A stretch of DNA of 59,931 nucleotides, taken from positions 1 to 59,931 of the IMG/VR virus record IMGVR_UViG_3300042294_003065; one strand, 5' to 3'. A model generated the notes under the pieces. The model had not been told where the DNA came from. It did no database searches and worked only from the letters and a program-made list of their open reading frames with translations. Source of the DNA: a virus. Its lineage: Duplodnaviria; Caudoviricetes. A program made the translations under genes and the position numbers. Within the stretch, counting starts at the first letter, position 1. Every line of letters begins with the position of its first letter. Positions 1-9,289 of this stretch are shown here, in pieces.

Positions 1-160
1 GCTCATCATACTCATCCCAGACCGCAAGCAGCGGCCATGGCCATCCAAAGTCTCCGAGGATGAGCGTGCCGTTTCTCGGGGCCGTGTCTGGCGGCGACCA
101 AGTGCCGAACAAGGCACTGCTGCCAACTTTCGGGGCGGATGTAGTCTTTCGTGTTTTCAT
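1..160 (-). CDS. Small phage protein, DUF551-like, truncated by the window edge
   Basis: ATG at 160 overlaps the stop of the upstream gene; reads MKTRKTTSAPKVGSSALFGTWSPPDTAPRNGTLILG...; the W..P.TAP.DGT.IL pattern is typical of small phage proteins. Confidence 0.55.
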   Translation of the reverse strand, partial: MKTRKTTSAPKVGSSALFGTWSPPDTAPRNGTLILGDFGWPWPLLAVWDEYDE

Positions 161-205
161 GGCTTTTTCGCCGCCCCTTCGGTCGGCAGAGTTTGATCGT
201 TCGGC
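104..205 (+). other. attC-like recombination site A
   Basis: R'' GCCGAAC 104-110, 5-nt spacer, L'' ACTGCTGC 116-123, inner stem GGGGCGG/CCGCCCC, L' GCAGAGT 186-192 (one extra base in L''), 6-nt spacer, R' GTTCGGC 199-205. Confidence 0.75.
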
Positions 206-360
206 ATGATGACAGTGCCGTCAGCGTCACCGCCCGGCGTAGGGAATACGCCCCCTCCGCCAGTTAGCTCTCCCCATTTCCACCCGCGTTCTACGCGCGT
301 CCACGAGCCCCCACCGATAGCCGGAGCCTTGGTTCCAATGGGATAGTCGCTCCATTTCAT
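157..360 (-). CDS. Hypothetical protein lying between the two attC-like sites
   Basis: MKWSDYPIGTKAPAIGGGSWTRVERGWKW...PNDQTLPTEGAAKKP; its C-terminus is encoded by site A. Confidence 0.65.
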   Translation of the reverse strand: MKWSDYPIGTKAPAIGGGSWTRVERGWKWGELTGGGGVFPTPGGDADGTVIMPNDQTLPTEGAAKKP

Positions 361-409
361 TGTGCGCTTCACTCGCCGCCGCTGTTCCGATTCGTAGCTT
401 TCCCACCAC

Positions 410-509
410 GCCGAACCACGCGCTCCAGCGGACAGCGCCGGGCTTGGGAGGTCAGCGGACATCGGTGCTCCTTTCGCCCGGCGTCGCCGCTGAGCTTGAG
501 ACGTTGCCG
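410..509 (+). other. attC-like recombination site B
   Basis: R'' GCCGAAC 410-416, spacer CACGC, L'' GCTCCAGC 422-429, stem CGCCGGGC/GCCCGGCG, L' GCTGAGC 489-495, R' GTTGCCG 503-509. Confidence 0.75.
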
Positions 510-661
510 CCGGCAGCCCGCTCTACGGGCTGCGAATCACGTATTTCTCGGCACCATAAGCATTCGACCTTTCCGCCAATGGGGTGGCTCCAGAAGTGTT
601 CGCGCATCGGGCTCCGGCAATCCATGCGGGCGGCGCGCGTTTCCTTTCGTGGCTCGCTCAT
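452..661 (-). CDS. Small hypothetical protein (Cys/His-containing); 3' end runs into attC-like site B
   Basis: ATG at 661 overlaps the stop of the upstream gene; CLWC motif. Confidence 0.55.
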   Translation of the reverse strand: MSEPRKETRAARMDCRSPMREHFWSHPIGGKVECLWCREIRDSQPVERAAGGNVSSSAATPGERSTDVR

Positions 662-1254
662 TCGTGCTTCCCTGTCTTCACCCACCGATGGAACGCTGTG
701 GCGACGTAGCTCTCATGGGGCTGCAAGCTGTCCAGCGATTTGAACTTCCGCCACTTCTCATTGGGGTGTGTCTCGATGAAGCGGGTGAAGTCGGGCTGCA
801 AGTTTGCAGTCGGCGTTGTTGCGGCTGGCTTCATGTCCTTGGGGTCGAAGATGTCTCTCCACTGGTTGAGCGTGGATGCGTCCAGCGAGGCCAGGACGCC
901 TTTTGTGCCAAACCGCTGTCCGATGCTGCGCAGCTTGGGCACCAGCAGGCGCACCGCTCTCTCGGTCAGTGGGTACTTGATGGCGCGCATTTCCACGAAG
1001 CCCTTCCATGCGTCCGCGAACTTCAGGCTGGAGAGCCACTCGTTGGGCAGCAAGTCCACGAAGAGGTCGCCGGTCTTGCGCTTGGCTCCGTTGAGCACGG
1101 GCTCCGCGGTGAGCCGGAAGCCACCCTTGGGTTCCTCCTTGGGGATGTCGATCCATTTTTCCTCCCGGTAGTCGGAAGCGCTCTGCCATTTCTGCTGGAG
1201 CTTCCCGCTGGCGCTCCATCGCAGGTGCATGGTGGGCATGTAGATTTCGCTCAC
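658..1254 (-). CDS. Replication initiator-like protein (weak call)
   Basis: AWKGFVEMR...PLTERA...L...NQWRDIF resembles the C-terminal domain of phage replication proteins; GTG start overlaps the upstream stop. Confidence 0.45.
   Translation of the reverse strand: MSEIYMPTMHLRWSASGKLQQKWQSASDYREEKWIDIPKEEPKGGFRLTAEPVLNGAKRKTGDLFVDLLPNEWLSSLKFADAWKGFVEMRAIKYPLTERAVRLLVPKLRSIGQRFGTKGVLASLDASTLNQWRDIFDPKDMKPAATTPTANLQPDFTRFIETHPNEKWRKFKSLDSLQPHESYVATAFHRWVKTGKHE
796..809. promoter_or_regulatory. Palindrome copy CTGCAAGTTTGCAG (1 mismatch)
   Basis: Variant of the 14-bp genome-wide palindrome. Confidence 0.6.
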
Positions 1255-1466
1255 AGCTCCCCCCATTCCGGACACGCCTCACGGGCGGCGATGTCCCATT
1301 TGACCAGCTCGCCTCTGGTGTTTTTGCCCTTGCTTATCGGCGCAGAGAGGCAGGCAAGCAGGCGCTCAGCGCGCTCCCTCATGGCCGGCGTGCTCTTCCT
1401 GCTCATCACCACGCAGGCGAGGTTCAGGATGGCCTTGAGTTTGTCCGAATCAGTCATGGCAGTCAA
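1251..1466 (-). CDS. Hypothetical protein
   Basis: Overlapping start/stop chain with neighbouring genes. Confidence 0.6.
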   Translation of the reverse strand: MTAMTDSDKLKAILNLACVVMSRKSTPAMRERAERLLACLSAPISKGKNTRGELVKWDIAAREACPEWGEL

Positions 1467-2254
1467 TCCCTGACCTTCATCACCCGGACGTGGGCGACGG
1501 GATGGATTTGGGTCTGGAGGGGTGCTGGCGGGGCTGGTGGCGCTGCGGCGGCCCCATTGGCGAGGATCTCCACGTCACGCATGAATGGGCGGATGCCGTC
1601 GAGGATCTCGTAGCGCCCCATCTTGATCTGCATCTCGTCCACCATGAATACCTCAGCCCTGGAGTGGCACTCGAAGAGCAACTCGAACTGGCGGGTTTCG
1701 TAGTTGGTCCTCACGCTGGACGGGCGCAGGTCTTTCTTGCACAGGGCGCACTGGAAGTAGGCGCGCTCCAGATCGTAGGCGTAGTCGGAGCGTGGCGGGA
1801 TGTAGGCGCGGTCGTCGCGATATGAGATGGAGTCGGGCGGACTTTTGAAGAAGCTCGGCGGGATCGCGGTCTCATCTTGGATTATGCGCAGCATCTCTTT
1901 CGTGAGATCAAAGGTGGAATTTTTGAATGTCACACTGGCGCTGTCGAGCGCCTTCTTCACCTCTGGATTCTTCGTATTCCACGGACTGCTGAACTCCAAC
2001 CACGTCGGGCCTACCGGGCCGAAGGGGATGATGGTGTCCAGCCAGCTTGCGACCTTGATGGCGATGGCGGTGGATTTGATCTGGATGTTCCCGAGTGACA
2101 TTGAACGCAACTCGCCGTGGCATCTGAACTCCAGCCAGTCTGAATCGCTGTCGGCTATCCTTCTGACCGTTGGGATCACCGGCACTGCGCACTTGGGGCA
2201 CTCCCACTTCCGGGAGTTGATGAGGTCCTGAATGATCATGATTGGGAGGTTCAC
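1463..2254 (-). CDS. Hypothetical protein with two CxxC...CH zinc-ribbon-like units
   Basis: CPKC...FRCHG and CALC...FECHS repeated units. Confidence 0.65.
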   Translation of the reverse strand: MNLPIMIIQDLINSRKWECPKCAVPVIPTVRRIADSDSDWLEFRCHGELRSMSLGNIQIKSTAIAIKVASWLDTIIPFGPVGPTWLEFSSPWNTKNPEVKKALDSASVTFKNSTFDLTKEMLRIIQDETAIPPSFFKSPPDSISYRDDRAYIPPRSDYAYDLERAYFQCALCKKDLRPSSVRTNYETRQFELLFECHSRAEVFMVDEMQIKMGRYEILDGIRPFMRDVEILANGAAAAPPAPPAPLQTQIHPVAHVRVMKVRD

Positions 2255-2529
2255 TTGGCGTCCGGGAGCTTGCGCAGCTTCGATCTTTCGATCCAGCGAA
2301 TCTTCGGTGGCTTCACGCGGTCGTCGGGGCGATCGAGATTGCAGGCGACCTTCTTGTGCTTGATTGGACGGAAGCAGGGGACCAGCAGGGGCTCACCGCG
2401 GCGCTTCGGGAAAGCGAGGGCATCGGCGATTTCGTAGCGGAACTTGATGACCCGATCGGGCTTCTCGGCTGTTGGATACGGCTTGGCGAACACACATTGG
2501 TCGCCGGGTGTGAGTTTTTCGAGTGCCAT
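2251..2529 (-). CDS. Hypothetical protein
   Basis: ORF in the operon chain. Confidence 0.6.
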   Translation of the reverse strand: MALEKLTPGDQCVFAKPYPTAEKPDRVIKFRYEIADALAFPKRRGEPLLVPCFRPIKHKKVACNLDRPDDRVKPPKIRWIERSKLRKLPDAK

Positions 2530-2530
2530 G

Positions 2531-2896
2531 TCAGGTCTCCTTCACGAAGACTCCGCCGGTCATCCGCCCCTTGCGATCCTTGATCTCCTGCCACGCAGCC
2601 TCGATGCACTCCTCCATGGTGAGGTCCCACATCTGGGCCTGCATGACTAGGGTTACGACGATGTCGCCGATGGCGTCCTTGGCCTCCTCCTTGAATTTCC
2701 TGTGATCACTCTTTGCGTCGATGGTGCCGTGCATCACCCCGCTGGCGTGGCCTTCCGCGCCCTCAATCGCAGCGCGAAGCTCCGCCACTTCCTCCTCGGT
2801 CTTCTTTTGCTGCCCGAGGCATGTGGCCTCTCCGGTTGGACCGATGAGGTTCCTGTCGATGCCCCATTGGATGATGTCTTGTTCTCTGTGGATCAT
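2531..2896 (-). CDS. MazG-like nucleotide pyrophosphohydrolase
   Basis: IIQWGIDRNL...EEVAEL...DAIGDIVVTL...EECIEAAWQEIKDRKG is the phage MazG-like signature. Confidence 0.88.
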   Translation of the reverse strand: MIHREQDIIQWGIDRNLIGPTGEATCLGQQKKTEEEVAELRAAIEGAEGHASGVMHGTIDAKSDHRKFKEEAKDAIGDIVVTLVMQAQMWDLTMEECIEAAWQEIKDRKGRMTGGVFVKET

Positions 2897-2918
2897 GATT
2901 TGTCTTTCTTGGTTTGGG

Positions 2919-3125
2919 TTATTTTGCCAGCAGGAAGTCTCTGGCTCTCTCACGCCGCAGGTTTCCGCTCTTGGGCAGCACCTTGCCGGCTTTCTCCAGC
3001 TCCTCCCATGTGGTGTCTCCGGCCTTCACCAGCGCCCATGCGCTCATGTAGTCGAAGCGGCAGAGGCCGCGGGAGAACGCCTTGTTCTTGCATCCGGGGA
3101 CGAGGCATTTGGGCTTGGCGCTCAT
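2919..3125 (-). CDS. Small Cys-rich hypothetical protein
   Basis: CLVPGC...RGLC motif, a common phage zinc-binding module. Confidence 0.65.
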   Translation of the reverse strand: MSAKPKCLVPGCKNKAFSRGLCRFDYMSAWALVKAGDTTWEELEKAGKVLPKSGNLRRERARDFLLAK

Positions 3126-4294
3126 TTCTTTGGAGTGTTCAGCGCCTCAAAGGCCATGGCGATCATGCTGGCCTCCTTGCGGATGTCTGGCTTGGCCTTG
3201 CCGAGGTCCTTCTTCTGGTAGGCCGCGTGCAAGACAGACACTTCCTCTTTAGAAAGAGAGCCGAGTCGCTTGTTGCCGTATTTCGTCACCTCGTAGTCCT
3301 GCCATTTGGTGAGCCTGGGCTCGGGCGCTGGCTCAGCGAGCCCCGGAAGCTGGTCGGGTGGCTCCACGGTGGCGTCGGTGGCGTCCACGGTTTTCATGCC
3401 GGCGTTGTGAGTGTCCGGAACCTCGGCGGCCTTCATCGGAAGGTCGCTTGAAATTCTGCTGGTGATGTCCATTTCCGCCAGCTTGCACCGCAGGTCCGAA
3501 GCCAGTCCGAGCAGCTCCTTGCGGCGCTCTCCAGTGGCCTGCTCGGCGTCTTCAAGGTGCTGGGCCATCATGGACTTGATCGCGTCCTTCTCGCGCTCCT
3601 GGGGGCTTTTCTGTTCGATGGCGAGGCGTTGCTCGACCACGCGGGCGTCCTGAAGGTCCACGTCGGAGGAGAGGCCGGACATCACCGAGGGGTCGATGAG
3701 CTTCACGGCGTCCGTCACGCAGCGCCACTGAAGCATGCTGATCGCTCCCGCGGCCCAGTTGTTCTTGGTGCCGCTCTTGCCCTGCGTGATCCCCTTGGCC
3801 TCCGCGTCCGCGAGGGTGCGAATGACGGTGCATTCGTTCTCCCGCGCCAGCTTGGAGAGGGCCAGCATCAGCTCGCTCTCCCGCTTGCGGTCCCACTCGG
3901 GCTGCATCTGCATGATGTCCAGCTCGTACTGAAGCCCGAAACGCTCGCAGGCCCGTTTCCGGTCCTCATCGGTGATGGGCTTGATGGTGAAGAAGCTGCC
4001 GGCGACCACGGTGTTGGTGCGCAGGTGCCAGAGGATGGTTCCGTGCTGCTGGAAGACGCTCTGGGTGTAGTCGGCGCGCTGGGAGAGCTTCCCGGTGTCG
4101 AAGACATGGACCTCCTTGAGGAGCTGAGCCAGGGTCTTGCCTTCCTCGCGGGCCATCATCATCAGGGTGATGGCCTGGGCTGGTTTCGTGATGCCGAAGC
4201 AGCCGGAGTCGGCGATCTGTTTGGCCATGGCCATCGCGTCCTCCATGGTGGCGAGGGCGAATGGGTTGGGTTGGGTGGCGAGTTGGGTTTCCAT
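3122..4294 (-). CDS. RecT/Bet-like ssDNA annealing recombinase
   Basis: MAKQIADSG.F...AITLM, then AEAKG...NW...MLQWRC..DAVK..DP.VMSGL; adjacent to an SSB-like gene. Confidence 0.7.
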   Translation of the reverse strand: METQLATQPNPFALATMEDAMAMAKQIADSGCFGITKPAQAITLMMMAREEGKTLAQLLKEVHVFDTGKLSQRADYTQSVFQQHGTILWHLRTNTVVAGSFFTIKPITDEDRKRACERFGLQYELDIMQMQPEWDRKRESELMLALSKLARENECTVIRTLADAEAKGITQGKSGTKNNWAAGAISMLQWRCVTDAVKLIDPSVMSGLSSDVDLQDARVVEQRLAIEQKSPQEREKDAIKSMMAQHLEDAEQATGERRKELLGLASDLRCKLAEMDITSRISSDLPMKAAEVPDTHNAGMKTVDATDATVEPPDQLPGLAEPAPEPRLTKWQDYEVTKYGNKRLGSLSKEEVSVLHAAYQKKDLGKAKPDIRKEASMIAMAFEALNTPKK

Positions 4295-4296
4295 AG

Positions 4297-4638
4297 TTAA
4301 AAAATGCGGTTTCCGTCTTCATCGACGGGGTCGAGCTTGCGCTCTGGTTGCGCTGGCTGGTGAAGGGGCGGTGGTGGCATGTGGCGGCGGGCGCTCTCCC
4401 GTCCGGCGGAGGATGCAGGGCCTCCGGTGACCGGGCGCTCGGGGCGGGCGTCCTTGGGGCGGAAAGAGACGGAGAAGAAGCCCTTCTTGTCGTCCTTCGG
4501 TGGCTTGGTCCACATATCGACCCAGAAGGCTTCGCCGTTAATGACGGCGCTGCCGGTGAAGTCGGGGTCCTGCTTACCTTCGCGTTTCCGGTCATTGCGG
4601 AAGACTTTAGCTGTGTTGTCTTTTTGATTGTAGGCCAT
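4297..4638 (-). CDS. Single-stranded DNA-binding protein-like
   Basis: FRNDRK...QDPDFTG...W...GFFSVS pattern and an acidic tail ending DEDGNRIF. Confidence 0.65.
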   Translation of the reverse strand: MAYNQKDNTAKVFRNDRKREGKQDPDFTGSAVINGEAFWVDMWTKPPKDDKKGFFSVSFRPKDARPERPVTGGPASSAGRESARRHMPPPPLHQPAQPERKLDPVDEDGNRIF

Positions 4639-4640
4639 GG

Positions 4641-4919
4641 TTAAGATTGGGGCTGTGGATCAGGAAACACCAGCGTCTTGCATTCGGTGATGCTGCGCAT
4701 TAGGGAGTCGAGCTGGTTGGCCTTGCGCGCCTTTTCGTCCAGTCGGTCGAATGCGGGCTTGAGGTCGATCTCCGTGCCGAGCCGGAACTGGACACCCTTC
4801 TGCTTAATGAGCCTCAACTGATCGTCTGTGATAAGTCTGCACGCCTCGTCTTCCGAAAGCTCCACCACGAGCCTTCGATCAGCCGAGTATCCTCCGTCGC
4901 TGTAGCTGATGACTTTCAT
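4641..4919 (-). CDS. Hypothetical protein
   Basis: ORF in the operon chain. Confidence 0.6.
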   Translation of the reverse strand: MKVISYSDGGYSADRRLVVELSEDEACRLITDDQLRLIKQKGVQFRLGTEIDLKPAFDRLDEKARKANQLDSLMRSITECKTLVFPDPQPQS

Positions 4920-4920
4920 A

Positions 4921-5808
4921 TCAGCGCGCCTTGGCCGAGAACACCGCCCGCTTGGTCCAGGTGATGCCGGGGATGCGGAGGTTCGGGTCGTCGGAGTTGT
5001 TGATCACGTATTTGAGCTGGACGAGATCGGGGCTGAGGCGCACGCAGTCCGGCCGGGCCTTGTAGAGGGCGAGAATGTCGAGCACCTCGATGTCAATTTC
5101 TGTGCGCTGGGCTCCGCCTGTGGCCTTCTCCTGCCGCAGCTTCTCGGCTGCCGCCAGCTTCTCGCTTTCGAGCTGCCGCAGGGCGCGGTCGGTGGCTTCC
5201 TGCTGCTCCTTGCGGGCGGCCTCAATGGCCTCTGCCCTTTCCTCTGCGTCCAGTTGGGCCTGTAGCTGCGCGGCCTTCGCTTTGGCTGTCAGCTCCTTGC
5301 CGGCGGCTTCCGCGCGGTCCTGGGCCTGTTTCTGCTTCAGGGCGCGGGCTTCCTGTTCTTTGCGCAGACGCTCGGCTTCCGCTTCCGCCTTCCGTTGGGC
5401 CTCCGCGGCCTCCTGCTGGATGCGCCGGGCCTCGCGCTCGCGGGCCTCCAGCTCGCGCTGGGCTATCATTTCCTGCTCGGCGTTGTAGGCACCGACGAGC
5501 TGGTTGAGGCGGCGCTTCTCGGCTTCGAGTTCCTTGACGTGATCGGCGGCGGCCTTGTCGATGGCCTGCCCCATCCGGAAGAACGGGTCCTTGATGGCCT
5601 TGCGATCCTTCTCGACCTGCGAGATGTGACCGGCGATGTGACCGGCGACCTTGATGGCAAAGTCGCGGGTGCTGGCGTCCGGAATGACTACGAGGTGGTT
5701 GGACTGGACGAGCAGCTCAGCTTTGAGCTTCGCTCCCTCCTCGTTGATGATTGGGGCTGGCGGGGCCGCGGAGATCTCCGGGGCGATGATGAGTTCGGTG
5801 TGGGTCAT
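4921..5808 (-). CDS. Coiled-coil protein of the recombination module
   Basis: VEKDRKAIKDPF...IDKAA, long E/A/R/K helix, C-terminal LRIPGI; common next to phage recombinases. Confidence 0.7.
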   Translation of the reverse strand: MTHTELIIAPEISAAPPAPIINEEGAKLKAELLVQSNHLVVIPDASTRDFAIKVAGHIAGHISQVEKDRKAIKDPFFRMGQAIDKAAADHVKELEAEKRRLNQLVGAYNAEQEMIAQRELEAREREARRIQQEAAEAQRKAEAEAERLRKEQEARALKQKQAQDRAEAAGKELTAKAKAAQLQAQLDAEERAEAIEAARKEQQEATDRALRQLESEKLAAAEKLRQEKATGGAQRTEIDIEVLDILALYKARPDCVRLSPDLVQLKYVINNSDDPNLRIPGITWTKRAVFSAKAR

Positions 5809-5881
5809 TGGTATGAGGTTGGCGTGAGGCCCAATCATTCCCACGGGTTTTCGCGGGGCGCAAGTTCTTTTTGAAAGTTTT

Positions 5882-7735
5882 TTAACTTTGCACGTTTTGT
5901 TGCTCCGTCTCATTGGGCGGAGACAGGAGGCCGAGCTGGAGGGCGCGGATGGTCACATGCGATTCGCAGTCCGCCAAATGGTTCCGCTGATGAAGCTCGT
6001 GCCACACCCACTCCACTTTCCCGGTGCGTTTGTTTTTCTCTTTGCGCTTCACTCGACTATTGAGATGCGCGGCGTAGTCCGGATGGACATTCACGGTGCA
6101 GTGCCACATGGCCGGCTCGGCATAGCGCAGGCTGGACACCATATCGAGCGCGTCGTGCTTGCTGAAGAGACAGAACACCGCCCGCTGGAACGTCCGGTTC
6201 CCCCATGATGTCCCGAGCATCGGGTCACGAAATTGAGGGACCGAGTAGGGCCTCCAGACCCGCTTGCCGTCGATGGTCCACTGGAATTTGCGGGTGTTGC
6301 TGCCCCACACGCCGCGCCAGTTGCGCTCGATGATCATGCGCGCCACTTGGTTTGGTCGGTGGGCCATGTCCATGGTGACGTTCTCCCCGGCTACGTTGTA
6401 TTCCTTCTGCTTCTCATCCAGCTCTTCGATGGTGTGGGCGAACCCGGCATCCAGCAGCCAGCTCTGGCCGCGTGAAAGCTCTGGGCTGGGGCGCTGGAAT
6501 TTCCTGATGAGATACCAGTAGCCAATCTCCTGCACGTCGATCGACATCAGCGGAACTGCGTCGTCGGCGATGTCCTGCGGCGTGAACAGCTCCAGCTTCA
6601 CCTCCTTGAAATCGTAGGCCATGGACTCGTCGAACGGTTCAGCCAGCCAGCCGTTGATGAAGTTCTGAAGTTCGCTGCGCAGTCCTTTGGCGAGCAGGAA
6701 TTTCACAGCGATGGACGCGAGCGAGGTTTCCTGCCCGAGGATGGAGTATAGCGAGCTGAGCTGGTAGCCGCGGCGGCCGGTCTCGGCGTTGGGGTTGCTG
6801 GGCCTCCAGATGCCGGCCTCCAGCATGTCGGGGCGCTCGAAGCTGTGGATCATCCCGCCGCATTCCTGGCACTTGTAGTGGGCCAGGGCGCGAACCTTCT
6901 TCATGTCCCAGTTGCCGTTGGTCTTGGCTTCGTCCGCGTGCTCGTGCCACCACCGCACCCCGCAGTCCCCGTGCCTCTCGCTCTTGATGCTGAACTTCAG
7001 CAGAATCTCATGCGAGCAGCGCGGGCATGGGACGTGAAACTTCCGCTGGTCGGTCTTGAGGTATTCGACCCAGATCATCCGGTCGGCGAGCGTGGGGCTG
7101 CTGGCCTTGACCGACATCGGGAAGTGGAAGGTCTTCTGCCGCTCCTCGACCAGCGCGATGGTGCCGGCGTCGAACCCGAGCTGGTCGTAGAACTTGTCCA
7201 CCTCGTCCTGCTGGATGAGTCCGCGGGGACGGGAGGCCAGGTTGGCTGGTGAGCCGGCTCCACCGAAGTTGAGCACCATGCTGCTGTAGTGCTGGGCCAG
7301 GAATCCCCAGAGGTGTTTGTCCACAGCTCCCTTGGCGGTGCGCGGGACGAGATCCATGACCGACTTGCAGTGGCGCACGAATCCCATGAAGCGCTCCTTG
7401 TTGAAGTCGCGGGCCTGGTCCCCGTTGGCCATGATCCACAGTGCGTCCTCCGGGTCGCGGGCAATGCGGAAGAGCATGCCGAGGATGAGCAGTGTGGTCT
7501 TTGCCGATTGCGTCGCGAAGGCGAGCACCAGATGCCGGATGGTCTTGTCGGCGTAGCACTCCAGGATCTCCCGGCCGTAGGGGATGTATTTCATCTGCAC
7601 CTTGCCGGTGATCGCTCCGGTGGGCAGCTCGCAGTTCCGCTCCACCCACGACACCACACTCTCGATCTGAACCGGGGAGAGGCTGTCTTCGAGGCTGTCG
7701 AAGATCGACTCGACGGATGGCTGGTTATATCCCAC
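5882..7735 (-). CDS. terL: Terminase large subunit, lambda GpA family
   Basis: Walker A variant TQSAKTT, Walker B QQDEVDKF, SSPT, CPRC/CQEC zinc fingers, nuclease SIDVQ and NHLADC; GTG start at 7735. Confidence 0.93.
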   Translation of the reverse strand: MGYNQPSVESIFDSLEDSLSPVQIESVVSWVERNCELPTGAITGKVQMKYIPYGREILECYADKTIRHLVLAFATQSAKTTLLILGMLFRIARDPEDALWIMANGDQARDFNKERFMGFVRHCKSVMDLVPRTAKGAVDKHLWGFLAQHYSSMVLNFGGAGSPANLASRPRGLIQQDEVDKFYDQLGFDAGTIALVEERQKTFHFPMSVKASSPTLADRMIWVEYLKTDQRKFHVPCPRCSHEILLKFSIKSERHGDCGVRWWHEHADEAKTNGNWDMKKVRALAHYKCQECGGMIHSFERPDMLEAGIWRPSNPNAETGRRGYQLSSLYSILGQETSLASIAVKFLLAKGLRSELQNFINGWLAEPFDESMAYDFKEVKLELFTPQDIADDAVPLMSIDVQEIGYWYLIRKFQRPSPELSRGQSWLLDAGFAHTIEELDEKQKEYNVAGENVTMDMAHRPNQVARMIIERNWRGVWGSNTRKFQWTIDGKRVWRPYSVPQFRDPMLGTSWGNRTFQRAVFCLFSKHDALDMVSSLRYAEPAMWHCTVNVHPDYAAHLNSRVKRKEKNKRTGKVEWVWHELHQRNHLADCESHVTIRALQLGLLSPPNETEQQNVQS

Positions 7736-8318
7736 GGAGCGCCTCCTTGCCGGACAGCATGATCTCATCGCACGCCCGCTGCAAAATGGTCACGGCCTTC
7801 AGTGGCTCCTGCTCGTTGATCTGCGGCCCCACCTCCTGCGGCAGCTTCTTCAGTCGTTTGGTCATCGCCTCGATCGCTCTCCTCACTGCGTCGAGGATCT
7901 GCTGCTTGTTGACCAGCAGGCCGCGCCGCTCCTGCTCCTCCCGGACCATCCGCTCGATCTTGACCAATGCCTCGCTCGCCTTGGTGTGGTTGGAGAGCAG
8001 CACCGCCTGGTCTCGGGTTTCGGCTGTGTGGTATTCCTGAAAGGCGGCGTCGGCGGTGATCCGGGAATTGGTCAGGATGTCCCCGAGGGTGTCCCCGGTC
8101 TTCGCGGGCTTGGGCGGGGCCTTCGGCCGGCCTCTTTTCGCGGACTGCAAATTTGCAGTCCTGCCGTTCGTCGCCTCGCGTCTCTTGATGTCCCTGTCCC
8201 GCCAGAGCTTCGCGGCCCGCAGGCTGTTGATCGGCATCCCCTTCAGCTTCAACTCTGCTGCCCGCGTTTTGGAGACGCCGAGATGTTTTCCGATCTGGGA
8301 CAGTGATGGTGCGGGCAT
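7725..8318 (-). CDS. terS: Terminase small subunit (Nu1-like)
   Basis: N-terminal HTH (SLSQIGKHLGVSKTRAAELKLKGMP), ERRGLLV helix; directly upstream of terL. Confidence 0.8.
   Translation of the reverse strand: MPAPSLSQIGKHLGVSKTRAAELKLKGMPINSLRAAKLWRDRDIKRREATNGRTANLQSAKRGRPKAPPKPAKTGDTLGDILTNSRITADAAFQEYHTAETRDQAVLLSNHTKASEALVKIERMVREEQERRGLLVNKQQILDAVRRAIEAMTKRLKKLPQEVGPQINEQEPLKAVTILQRACDEIMLSGKEALRGI
8142..8161. promoter_or_regulatory. Perfect 20-bp palindrome GGACTGCAAATTTGCAGTCC inside terS
   Basis: Read directly from the sequence. Confidence 0.7.
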
Positions 8319-8522
8319 TGGCTTGGGAGTGAGGTGGACTCGCTATGCCTCGGTGTCAATTACGTTCGGCGTTCGGCCTATTATTTACAGAGGTGGCACA
8401 GAAAAGGGAAACACTCGTTCCGAGGAGACCTAACGACAGCCCCGCAAGAAGACTCCCTATCCACCACGGCACTTTTCTCTCGATGCTCATCACCCTCACC
8501 TAATCCATGTGCTGCCGTCCCC

Positions 8523-8882
8523 TCACATCCTGTCGATGAAGAGCATATCCCTGTCCACTCTGCGCACTACGCCTCCCTGCCATTGGGGTGTGCATGAAAG
8601 GCTTGCGCCCCTGAGTGCGTGCAGCTCAGCGTACTGCACTCTCTGGCCTGGGATGAATGAGCGGGCTCGCTTGATGATAATCGTGGTTGAGCCATGGGTG
8701 CCTATCTTGGCGTGGTAGGTGGGCTGGCGTCCGCGCTTGCCATTGGGCTTTGTTGCGTAGGAAGCGTCGATGTAGCGCTCGGGTGTGGTGCTGGGGGGCG
8801 GGCTGTCCCATTTGATTTGGCGACGCTCTTCCTCGTATGCTGTGCGTGGGTCCATGCCTCCGTCTGAGATGATGTCGCTCAT
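8523..8882 (-). CDS. Hypothetical protein
   Basis: ATGA overlap with the upstream gene. Confidence 0.6.
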   Translation of the reverse strand: MSDIISDGGMDPRTAYEEERRQIKWDSPPPSTTPERYIDASYATKPNGKRGRQPTYHAKIGTHGSTTIIIKRARSFIPGQRVQYAELHALRGASLSCTPQWQGGVVRRVDRDMLFIDRM

Positions 8883-9289
8883 GGCTTCTTGATGTAGATG
8901 TACTCAACGTCACCATCACTCTCTCTGGGCCTGTGCTTGGGCTTGCGCCAGAACACTCTGATGCCGTCGATCTTCAGCTCGGTCGTCACTCCCACTGTGC
9001 GGTGGGTGAATGGGATGCGATCCTCAAGGCTCACGCGGTTCATCCACACCCACTTCTTCTGCTCGCCTGCGTAGATGTGTGGCACCATGCCGTCTTCATG
9101 ATCCTCCCACACGTCGCTCGTAACGCCATTGGAGTGCATGGTGTGATCTACGTGGTTCTTCATATTGGCAATGGCCTCAGCGAGCGTGATGTCGCCGTAT
9201 CCAATTTGGCAGATGCACCAGTGATTGATCCAGCATGACAGGTATATCATGCGGTGCTTCTGGGGTTCCCTGATGGGGTGCTCGCTCAT
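8879..9289 (-). CDS. Hypothetical protein
   Basis: Start MSEHPIREPQ overlaps the upstream stop. Confidence 0.55.
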   Translation of the reverse strand: MSEHPIREPQKHRMIYLSCWINHWCICQIGYGDITLAEAIANMKNHVDHTMHSNGVTSDVWEDHEDGMVPHIYAGEQKKWVWMNRVSLEDRIPFTHRTVGVTTELKIDGIRVFWRKPKHRPRESDGDVEYIYIKKP

